The notes beneath the pieces are model-generated. The model was not told where the DNA came from and did no database searches. It saw only the letters and a list, made by a program, of their open reading frames with translations. Positions 56,141 to 64,000 of a stretch of 64,000 nucleotides of DNA are shown here, piece after piece. Numbering within the stretch: position 1 is the first letter of the stretch; each line of letters opens with the position of its first letter. This DNA is from a virus. The translations under genes were made by a program, and so were the position numbers. The stretch covers positions 26,243 to 90,242 of IMG/VR virus record IMGVR_UViG_3300027899_000012. One strand, 5' to 3'.

Positions 56141-56681
56141 AAGGCTTTCGATCGAACACGTACTGGGGGACAGGGAAGCAGGACATGACGCCCTTCCACA
56201 GCGCCGGCTCGCAGGCCTTCACGTCGGCGAGGATGTAGAGCCGCGCGTACGTCCCGGCGACCTTGAGCCAGGCCTTGACGCACTCGTCGCGAAGAGCATC
56301 GAAGCGCTTGTCGGGCGGGTTGTCGATCACGAACGTAGCTTCGTGGATGCGGAGGTACAGAGCCTGCAGCGTCTCGTTCACCGACGGAGCCCGCGAATCA
56401 ATCAGGGGCCCCCGAGCCAACCATCCCACAACCCGGCAGCTGGCGAAGACGTGCCCGAACGGCGCGCTGTGCCGAAAAGGGCTGCTCATTGGCGGCATCA
56501 GCCCCGCCTTCGACAGCGTTGCCGCGATCTCCGCGTTGTTGCCGCCCTGCGTCTGGTTGGTCTGCGTCGAGCAGTGGAGACCGAACAGCTTGTCGGCGAA
56601 CGCGTGCGTCTTGCCGATCACGCCGCAGCCGTTGTGCAGCAGGGCCAGAGCGATCGGAGCGCGGACGCTGATTGTTCTCAT
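56127..56681 (-). CDS. divergent ASCH-like protein (tentative)
   Basis: ISVRAPIALALL...LH..., C-terminal KG...F.V pattern. Confidence 0.55.
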   Translation of the reverse strand: MRTISVRAPIALALLHNGCGVIGKTHAFADKLFGLHCSTQTNQTQGGNNAEIAATLSKAGLMPPMSSPFRHSAPFGHVFASCRVVGWLARGPLIDSRAPSVNETLQALYLRIHEATFVIDNPPDKRFDALRDECVKAWLKVAGTYARLYILADVKACEPALWKGVMSCFPVPQYVFDRKPSTQP

Positions 56682-57082
56682 CGAGTCTCGGGCCCGTCGT
56701 ACTCGCCGGGGAAACCTTCGTCAGCGCCTCCCGCACCTGCTTCGTCCTTCGGCTTGGTGCCGGCTGGCCGAACGCGATCCGGCCGGAAGTTGTGCATCGT
56801 GTACTTCTTGCCGTCGATCTCCTGCTGGTACGACTGGATGGTACCGTACACGCCGACGGCTGTGCCCTTCTTGCACCACGTCAGGTTCTTGCTTTCAGCG
56901 CTCTTGCCGAAGAGGGCGAAGCGCATCCAAGTCGCGCGCTCGATCCAGTTTCCGTCGGCGTCCTGTTCGGGCGTGTTGACCACAACGGAAATGCTGGCTC
57001 TCGCCCTTCCGTTGGGAAGTTTGTCGAGCTTCACGTCCTCGGAGCACGTTCCCAGAACCTGAAATGTTGCGAAGCCTTGCAT
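56678..57082 (-). CDS. ssb: single-stranded DNA-binding protein
   Basis: OB-fold pattern TW.R..LFGKSAE...KKG..V.V.G.I; acidic tail. Confidence 0.88.
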   Translation of the reverse strand: MQGFATFQVLGTCSEDVKLDKLPNGRARASISVVVNTPEQDADGNWIERATWMRFALFGKSAESKNLTWCKKGTAVGVYGTIQSYQQEIDGKKYTMHNFRPDRVRPAGTKPKDEAGAGGADEGFPGEYDGPETR

Positions 57083-57149
57083 GCGATGATCTCCCGGCCC
57101 CGGGAGATCCGGAAGCCTTCGCATGTGATACGCGAATGCTTAGCAAGTG

Positions 57150-57740
57150 TCAACCGTCGGGTTCGATCCCGTCGCCGGGATGATCTTCGAGGTTGCGAAG
57201 GAAGGCCCAGACGAACGGCTCTCCGGCGGCGAAGGCCGCGAAGCAACGGTGGTTGCCGTTGCGAATCTGCACGCTTCGGTATCCCAGGTCCGCCTTCGTC
57301 CACGGCCGGGCTCCGGGGATGGTCGCAACGATGTGCCCCATCCCGCCCGAAGTGATGTGCACTGGACCCGAGCCGCACCCGTACTCCTGCGATTCCTGCA
57401 CGTCGATCGGGTCAATCTTGCCCACAATCGCAGCGACGCAGCACGGGAAGATCACCTTGCGAGCGTTCCTGATCGTCTGCACGAAGTACGCGAACTTGAA
57501 CGGGTCGAACGTGTTGTCGGCGACCGGGTACGCTTCGGCCGGGTACACCTTCACCATCTCGCCCGGGCTTCCCATCCACACGCATTTCTTGCCGGCGAAT
57601 GGCTTGCCGCTCATGTCGTCGCCCTCGTAGCGGTACCGCGAAAGCGCATGAGGGGGTCGGTAGCCTTCGCGCAGGAGGTACGCGGCGTAGTAGAGCACGG
57701 GGCTCCAGTCCCAAGCGGGCGGGCGGTTGTGGCGGCTCAC
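57150..57740 (-). CDS. ParB/Srx-like protein (GNHR motif)
   Basis: VQIRNGNHRCFAAFAAG; start could be 57614. Confidence 0.65.
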   Translation of the reverse strand: MSRHNRPPAWDWSPVLYYAAYLLREGYRPPHALSRYRYEGDDMSGKPFAGKKCVWMGSPGEMVKVYPAEAYPVADNTFDPFKFAYFVQTIRNARKVIFPCCVAAIVGKIDPIDVQESQEYGCGSGPVHITSGGMGHIVATIPGARPWTKADLGYRSVQIRNGNHRCFAAFAAGEPFVWAFLRNLEDHPGDGIEPDG

Positions 57741-58276
57741 GGGAACCCCAGCTTCCTGCGCCAGTACTCGTTTCGCGCTCGGAGATGTTCTTCCAATGTC
57801 TCGTGCTCGTCCTGCTGCTCACGCTCGGCTTTCCGTCTCCAAGCACCGTGCATCTTCGGCTCGTGCCATTGAGCGTAACCTTCAAAAAAGGTGATGGGCA
57901 ACCACTTCTCCAGCTGAAGCTGCGCCTCGGTTCGGGCCTGCTCCCTCTTGGACATAGCGCTCCACTCGCGCCTTCCGACGCCCACGATTCTCTGGTGATC
58001 GGGTTCCCACCAGAACATCAGGCGGCCCACGGGAACGGGCATTTTCGATCTCGATGCGTGCTCTGCCACCTGGATGACAACCAACCCGTCTTCCGCGAAG
58101 CCCACTTCGATCATGCGCGTGGTGTACGTCTTGTCCTTCGCAGTGGCGATGATGCGAGACCGATCGTACGCATGCTCAAAGGCGAACACGTCCCAATCGA
58201 ACCACTGCCGAGGAGTCGGACAAGGCCCGTCAGGATCCACGCCGAACTTGTCCCACGGGCGGTTGTTGGGGGTCAT
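57737..58276 (-). CDS. hypothetical protein
   Basis: Coupled ORF. Confidence 0.7.
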   Translation of the reverse strand: MTPNNRPWDKFGVDPDGPCPTPRQWFDWDVFAFEHAYDRSRIIATAKDKTYTTRMIEVGFAEDGLVVIQVAEHASRSKMPVPVGRLMFWWEPDHQRIVGVGRREWSAMSKREQARTEAQLQLEKWLPITFFEGYAQWHEPKMHGAWRRKAEREQQDEHETLEEHLRARNEYWRRKLGFP

Positions 58277-59357
58277 TCGGGATCGCCTTCAATCAAGACT
58301 ACCATCATCGTACTGCCGCAACTGGGGCATTTTTCCACTGAGTTAGCTCGCCCCACTCGTACGACTTCACGCCGAGCAGAGGCACTGCGTTCCACTGGCT
58401 CTCGGTGAACGATCGGCCGCAGCTGCAGCGCTTGATCACCGGACCCGCGAGCGACCACTTCGCGTTCGGGTAGTACCCCCGATTGCGAGTGAGGTACTGC
58501 CAGAGCAGGTAGCCGATCAGGCCTGCGACCCCCACAGCGATCGCCGTCTTCGCAGCCGAGGCAGGATCCGACAGCAGGTTGCCGATCCCGCCAGGCCGAA
58601 CGTCGGCCATCCACGGGGCTCCGTAGTACGACATCATCGGGGTGGCGAGCGCGACCACGTGCCAGCCGTGCGGGCTGTACTCGCCGCCGCAAGGCTTTGG
58701 CAGTCCCGACGTCATGGTCTCGTAGTGCAGCCAGATCAGGTTGCCCACGCGCATGGCCTTCGTCGGCTGAGGCATGCCCGGGGGAATCTCCGGCGTGCTC
58801 ACACTCAACCCCGCGCCGACGGCCGCGTTCCAGACAAGCTCGAAGCACTGCGCGCCGCTCGTGATGTTGAAAGTGGACACGTCGCCGCCGCCGTAGTCGT
58901 ACGAGTACGAAAGCGCCTTGCCCCACGGACCGTTCGTGGTCGCGGTCATCATCTTGCCGCCGGTGCCAGCGGCTGCCTGCTTCGCGAAAGCCGCGTACCC
59001 CGCGTGAGGCTGCGTCGCTCCGGATCCCAAGAAGCACGCGTCCGCCAGGTGCACGTAGCAACATCGATCGAAGTCGGCCGGGTTCTTCAGGAAGGCATTT
59101 GCGAAGCCGTGAAACGCGCTGAATCCGCCGATGCCGACGTTGCCGAGAGACGCCGGATCGATCTTCGCCTTCTCGGCCATTGCTTTCCAGGCGTAGCCGT
59201 CGCGCGCAGCCAGGTTCTGGTAGACCGCGGCCTGGTCGGTGGACGTGTTCTTGACGGTGCCCGCGGCGACGCTCAGCACCTGGGTTGGCCGCTGCCAGGC
59301 GACCTTCTGCGCGTAGCAGGGTCCAGCGGGTCCACCGAATGCCATGAGATCAGTCAT
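58273..59357 (-). CDS. membrane-anchored protein (alpha/beta-hydrolase-like GFSA region, tentative) with a frameshifted C-terminal zinc ribbon
   Basis: TM TAIAVGVAGLIGYLLW; frame 0 stops at 58305, while the -1 frame supplies CPSCGST and stops at 58273. Confidence 0.65.
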
Positions 59358-60292
59358 CAGGGAACCACACTCAGTTTGTACACATTCTTGCCGAGATTGA
59401 TGCCGCACGCAAAGTACAGTCCGTTGCTCGTGCTCCATGCCGTGGAGGCATGCGACTCCGCGAACGGCGAATCGTACAACCGTTCCCAGATCACACCGTC
59501 CGACGTGTGCCATACGTCGTTCCGATTCAGACCGTTTGCGTAGCCGCCCAGAATCCACAGTTCATCGTCAAAGACGGCGAGGCATTGGTACCGACGTGGG
59601 GGCACGGAAGAGACGCAGACCAGTTCCCACGTGATCCCATCTGGACTACGCCACACGTCGCAGTATTCCACGGCAGGCTGTGCACCGACCGCACTCGGAT
59701 AGATTCCGCCGCAGGCAACCCACATGTACCCGCGCCATGAGACTGCGGAAAAGATCGATCCGCGTGGTCCCCATCCACAACCGTCCGCGATCTTTGTCCA
59801 CGCTGCGCCATCCACGCTGCGCCACACGTCACTGTACGTGACCATCGGACCGGGCACTATGTCCGGGATCGTCTGCCCACCCAAGAGGTACATGGCCCCA
59901 TTGTGAGGCACAACCATGTGCAGACAACGATCACCCAGTCCCCAGTCTGCCGTCACCTGTGTCCACGAGGAACCATCAGGAGAAGACCAGACATCCGTGT
60001 GATAGAAGCCAGAGTTGTTGTCGCCTCCGATCACCCAGAGTTTGGAGTCGAACTCGCAATGCCCAAAGCTATGGCGCGACGCCCAGCCAGGGGCGGCGGT
60101 AAGAAGGTTCCACGTGGCTCCATCGTCGCTGCTCTTCCACACCTCGGAACATGTGAAACCTGGGGCCGGAAACACACCGGGATTCCAACCACCATACAGA
60201 TACAGTTCGTTTCCGAGAACATCTCCCGCTGCACCATCACGAGCATCGTATGCGGCGGCGGCAGTGGGGCTCGACCACTGCCACCTACTCAA
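59357..60292 (-). CDS. Kelch-repeat beta-propeller
   Basis: Repeated LYLYGG / LWVIGG / MYLLGG / LWILGG...DVW.S.DG..W units. Confidence 0.9.
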   Translation of the reverse strand: MSRWQWSSPTAAAAYDARDGAAGDVLGNELYLYGGWNPGVFPAPGFTCSEVWKSSDDGATWNLLTAAPGWASRHSFGHCEFDSKLWVIGGDNNSGFYHTDVWSSPDGSSWTQVTADWGLGDRCLHMVVPHNGAMYLLGGQTIPDIVPGPMVTYSDVWRSVDGAAWTKIADGCGWGPRGSIFSAVSWRGYMWVACGGIYPSAVGAQPAVEYCDVWRSPDGITWELVCVSSVPPRRYQCLAVFDDELWILGGYANGLNRNDVWHTSDGVIWERLYDSPFAESHASTAWSTSNGLYFACGINLGKNVYKLSVVP

Positions 60293-60298
60293 AAAGGG
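60257..60298 (-). other. predicted -1 programmed ribosomal frameshift signal
   Basis: C CCT TTT heptamer, 6-nt spacer, 11-bp stem GGTGGCAGTGG/CCACTGCCGCC. Confidence 0.7.
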
Positions 60299-61554
60299 CC
60301 GTAGCCCATTCTGCCGATGTACCCCATGGCCTGCTCTACCTCTGCCGGGGATAGCGCCTTCATGATCACAGCAAGGTAAGCCATTCGGCCAGTCATCGGC
60401 GCGCTGCTCAGCCCGTTGGACCATTGGGTTCCAACGCTGAAGGTCTGGAGCGTCACCGCTGTCGTGTCGCATGCGGCTGCGTTGATGTCGATCTCGCCGT
60501 CGATGTACGTGCTCACGGTCGTGCCCGAGAACGAGACGATATGTACGTGCGCAGCCGTGTCATGCGCTGCACCGTGGATCCAGCCGCTGTTGTCCCCAGC
60601 GTCTGCACGACGCCAGATCGTACGCACACCGCCATCGTATCCGTACAGCCAGTTCGGCGTGGTCGATGCGTTTGCGCCACCGGACCACATCACACGGTTG
60701 ACGTTCGCTGCCGTTTCTTGGAAACAACAAATCACGGTGTGGGCAACGTCGCTTCCTGCCAGAAGCGCGCCAATGGCAGCGCTGATCAGGTAGTCCGTCC
60801 CGTCGAACAGGATCGACGGCTTGCCGTTCCAGCCAGTCGGCTCGTACGTTGGCTGATCGGCTGCTGTCCCCTGCGTGAGAGGGCGACCGCTGACCTGATC
60901 CGCGACGGAGGTGATCTTCCCAACGCGCGTCACGCCTTTGTCGGCTGTCCATTCCGCCCATTCGACGCCCAACGAATCCGGCGTCCACGCGTTGACGATC
61001 GCTTGAATTGTCATGGCTGTGGTGAGCAAAGTCGCTCCCGCAGCAGCCGCCACATAGGTCGGCGCTTGCTCCGGGTGATCGACAGGCTGAAAGATGCGAG
61101 CGGGAGACGTGTCGAACAGCCACGTCCCAGGGAGCAAGATCAGTGGCCACCCATTCGCGTCCGTCACAGCTTTGACTGCTAACAGACGCGCCTCGGCACT
61201 ACCGGACGCCAGAGGCGCAAGGTAGACCTGGCCGAAGCGTGGCCCAACCGCATCTGCTGCCTGCGAAGCAGCTAAGGTTGGGTCGGTCTCATAAATGACG
61301 CCTCCCACCGAAACGCCTGCCGAACTTGCCCGCTTGTAGCCCGGCCCTACGCTCCCGACTCCGGCCCCCCCCGGGACGATGAAGTTCAGACCGTCGTCCG
61401 TTCCTGGGGTATCCGTGTACTCGAACCATCCGGCGTCTTGCGGAGACAAGGACTCTGTAAAGGCGAAAACTCTGCCGCCACCTGGTCCACCGATCCAAGC
61501 CTGATTGACGCCAATAGCCTGCTTGGGAGAAAAATATGTGATCCGCTTTTTCAT
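60289..61554 (-). CDS. probable virion/receptor-binding protein with C-terminal LamG/concanavalin-like domain
   Basis: QPTY...NGKPSILFDGTDYL...TYIDG...ALSPAEV...Y pattern. Confidence 0.8.
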   Translation of the reverse strand: MKKRITYFSPKQAIGVNQAWIGGPGGGRVFAFTESLSPQDAGWFEYTDTPGTDDGLNFIVPGGAGVGSVGPGYKRASSAGVSVGGVIYETDPTLAASQAADAVGPRFGQVYLAPLASGSAEARLLAVKAVTDANGWPLILLPGTWLFDTSPARIFQPVDHPEQAPTYVAAAAGATLLTTAMTIQAIVNAWTPDSLGVEWAEWTADKGVTRVGKITSVADQVSGRPLTQGTAADQPTYEPTGWNGKPSILFDGTDYLISAAIGALLAGSDVAHTVICCFQETAANVNRVMWSGGANASTTPNWLYGYDGGVRTIWRRADAGDNSGWIHGAAHDTAAHVHIVSFSGTTVSTYIDGEIDINAAACDTTAVTLQTFSVGTQWSNGLSSAPMTGRMAYLAVIMKALSPAEVEQAMGYIGRMGYGPF

Positions 61555-62723
61555 GAGATTCTCCGAACGTACCAGATCCCGCCGCCAACAACTGCGATCA
61601 GAAGAGCCGCCCCGACCGCGATCCAAGTCACCTGCGGCAGGCCCTTCGCCCACGTCACGAGCGCGTTTGGCGCCACCGCTGCAGGCTTCACGGGCACGAT
61701 TGTCTTGAGCCTGGACGCGCTGCTCTTCGGCACAACCGGCGCGGCCGCCTTGGCGAGTGTTGGCAGGGTCAGGCGCGTGGTCGCGCTCAGCTTCACGGGC
61801 CCCGCCTTCGCGTCATCCATCGCCTGGACTACGGCTGCGCCGATGACTTCCGGCACCGCTTTGGTCAGCGCTTCCAGTCGGTATCTCCAAACGTCCGAGA
61901 TGCACTCCGCGAGCTGCTTCTGGGTGTTCGGGTTGAGATCGAGCGGCCAGTTATCCGTCTTCACCCCAAACGGACCCATTCCGGCCCACACGTTGGGATC
62001 GGCCCCAGGAGGACTCGCTCCCCCCATTTCGACCGTTCCTTCGATCTCCGTGTTCCAGACCCAGGCCCACCGACCGCTTCCCAGATCCTGCTGGCATCCC
62101 TTTGTTGTTTTCCAGCCCTTCACGTACGAATTGAGCCAATGCAGCAAACACTGGTCCGCTCCCTGGATCACGCTCTCTGAACTTGTCAGGCCCCCGATCA
62201 GTGACGAGAGCAAGTCCGTGGGCGCGCGCTCTGCCGGCGACACGGGACGAAGAAGGCCCGACCTGATCGCGACGGCGGTAGAGGGAGGAATACCTTGCGC
62301 CTGACGAACAGCGTCCCATGCCACCTGCACCGCGGCCACGGCCTGTTTCCACACTCCCACCAGTGGGTATTCCCCGGCTGGACCGTCAAACATGCTGCCT
62401 TCGACAACAGCCGCGCTGATGACCCCGTGAGCAGGAAACGCCTTCTGCAATAGAGCTGTCACACCAAACATTGCCGCCACGAACGGCATGGCCGGCGCCG
62501 CGCCGGGAATCAAAGTCATCGCGGTCATGGCAGCAGCGACAGCGGCGTCCTGCTTGGCCTTCGCGTCGCCATTGGTCATGGCATAGGCAGCGTCCGCTGC
62601 CTGCATCACGTAGCCGTAGCCGGAGGTGACCGACTGCGGGATCACCGCCGCCTTCGTTCCGTACGACAGGACCGGTGCGACGAGCGCCTCGGCACCAGAA
62701 AACCCTCGGGAGATCCTGATCAT
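61551..62723 (-). CDS. Ala-rich membrane protein with C-terminal TM
   Basis: WIAVGAALLIAVVGGGIWYVRR; TAACAT-N6-ATG. Confidence 0.75.
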   Translation of the reverse strand: MIRISRGFSGAEALVAPVLSYGTKAAVIPQSVTSGYGYVMQAADAAYAMTNGDAKAKQDAAVAAAMTAMTLIPGAAPAMPFVAAMFGVTALLQKAFPAHGVISAAVVEGSMFDGPAGEYPLVGVWKQAVAAVQVAWDAVRQAQGIPPSTAVAIRSGLLRPVSPAERAPTDLLSSLIGGLTSSESVIQGADQCLLHWLNSYVKGWKTTKGCQQDLGSGRWAWVWNTEIEGTVEMGGASPPGADPNVWAGMGPFGVKTDNWPLDLNPNTQKQLAECISDVWRYRLEALTKAVPEVIGAAVVQAMDDAKAGPVKLSATTRLTLPTLAKAAAPVVPKSSASRLKTIVPVKPAAVAPNALVTWAKGLPQVTWIAVGAALLIAVVGGGIWYVRRIS

Positions 62724-62771
62724 GCCTGGATGTTACGCCGACCCCGCAACCGGGTCACGTGCGCCCCGAAA

Positions 62772-63212
62772 CTACCGGTGCCTCGTGAGAATCATCCACG
62801 CGTACACGATCGCCAGCGCCGGCTCTCCCTTGAGCAGCGTCGCCACCCCCTCGGCTTCGGCCGGGTCGCTGAAGCTGTGCCCCCACAGCGGCTCGTCGTG
62901 CCCCAGCAGGTGCACCACAACCGTTGATCCTTCCGCGGTCTCGCTCACCCCGACGCGGACCTTGCTGCCCTGGGGATGGCCGTCGCGGAAGTTCTCGATC
63001 GCGACCAGAAACAGGTAATACAGGAGATCCTCGCGAAGATGAGCGCCGGCAATCATGGCGCTTTTCAGCGGGTCCCGCTTGATCAGGTCATCGTGCTCGT
63101 GCTCAATCTCCATTCCGATGCGAAGTTGCTCGATCGTGTTCGCGTCGGTGGGAAGGCGCAGAGCGAGGGCGTATTTTCGGGCGTCTGCCGTGGTGTAGCG
63201 GGAGGGGCGCAT
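62772..63212 (-). CDS. DUF5661-like protein
   Basis: GMEIEHEH...IAGAHLRE...YY. Confidence 0.8.
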   Translation of the reverse strand: MRPSRYTTADARKYALALRLPTDANTIEQLRIGMEIEHEHDDLIKRDPLKSAMIAGAHLREDLLYYLFLVAIENFRDGHPQGSKVRVGVSETAEGSTVVVHLLGHDEPLWGHSFSDPAEAEGVATLLKGEPALAIVYAWMILTRHR

Positions 63213-63393
63213 GACCGGATGGTAGGCTGGGACGCCTGAAAGGACAACGCCGACAACCTTGCGGCGGCCGGCGTTGGGCACTGACCCCGGTTTCGAGCAT
63301 GAAGTCGGGTGCCCCTCCGTGTTCCCTCTCGGGAACCAGCGTGCCTTGGGGTCTTGCGTCCAGACCTACCAGGACGCGCCCAGGGGGTCAACC

Positions 63394-63678
63394 TCAGCGA
63401 GGAGTCCACTGTGGGCTCGGCGAGCCCTTGGCACCCCCGTCGCTGCTCGCGGCGAGGCTTTCCCCGCCGTAGCAGCACATGCCCGCGGGACAGCTGCTCC
63501 CAACAGCCCCTCCGCAGTCTTCGGACAGCCAGCAGCAAGAGAGAGCCGGAGCCGTCGAGCACACGCGCGCACGCGTCCCACAGGGATAGTCGGGCGACAC
63601 GGGGTTGGGAACGGGCTGGTTGCAGCTGCCACAACCCGCGGTGGCTACGCACAGCGCGAGCATTCCAGACTTGAGCAT
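63394..63678 (-). CDS. Cys-rich lipoprotein
   Basis: Signal ending TAGC; about 10 Cys. Confidence 0.7.
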   Translation of the reverse strand: MLKSGMLALCVATAGCGSCNQPVPNPVSPDYPCGTRARVCSTAPALSCCWLSEDCGGAVGSSCPAGMCCYGGESLAASSDGGAKGSPSPQWTPR

Positions 63679-63712
63679 GGGGGGACCCTCCGGTGCGGAT
63701 GTTAGCACGTGC

Positions 63713-64000
63713 TTACTTCTTGCGTCGCCGCTTTTTCGCCACCGGCGGCTCGTGGTGCCAGGGGCCCCAGTGCTGGTACACCGCGAGCATCGTCGAAAGC
63801 TCGTCCCAGGGGTACGAGGCCTCGGGAATCGCGTTGAACATCTGCGAGAACAGGTACGCGTCCCATTCTTCGTCGGTGATGGGCTCGTAGATTTTCGACC
63901 CCAGGTCCACCCACGCATGCCCGATGCGGGGATTCCCGAACCCCTGGATGCTGCCGTGAACGAGAACGACATCGCCTTGCGGAACGGGACGGCGTCCCCG
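63713..64000 (-). CDS. partial protein with transglutaminase/papain-like HAWV motif
   Basis: Frame is open to the window end: VVLVHG...GHAWVDLGSKIYE...HWGPW. Confidence 0.6.
   Translation of the reverse strand, partial: RGRRPVPQGDVVLVHGSIQGFGNPRIGHAWVDLGSKIYEPITDEEWDAYLFSQMFNAIPEASYPWDELSTMLAVYQHWGPWHHEPPVAKKRRRKK

Noticed and set aside
1-64000. Bacterial chromosome core region, or tRNA/rRNA genes
   Set aside because: No housekeeping operons or recognisable structural RNA genes were seen by eye; a tRNAscan/Infernal run would be needed to exclude them fully.

Overview
This GC-rich, densely coded 64 kb segment is best read as part of a large bacteriophage-like genome. There are no housekeeping genes, and no terminase, portal, capsid or tail-tube genes were recognised. 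No rRNA, tRNA or CRISPR array was seen. It carries long same-strand chains of small genes coupled by ATGA/GTGA overlaps. Recognisable genes include a SNF2/HARP-type helicase, YqaJ exonuclease and RecT, two ParB-like proteins, SSB, a DEDDh exonuclease, a DNA methyltransferase fused to an Mrr-like nuclease, a solo TnpB element, membrane-anchored peptidoglycan hydrolases, a glycosyl/methyl/acetyltransferase cluster and LamG/Kelch proteins. The strongest signals are: (1) a four-gene operon built on a Ycf46-like AAA+ ATPase whose Walker B block precedes Walker A; (2) a textbook -1 frameshift signal joining the LamG and Kelch genes; (3) a covarying triloop hairpin at a fixed distance before four start codons; (4) pervasive leaderless promoters plus a recurrent intergenic motif; (5) several membrane proteins sharing a GLG[A/T] motif. 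Family names come from recognising motifs by eye and need HMM confirmation. Start codons were re-chosen by eye where the ORF track over-extends.
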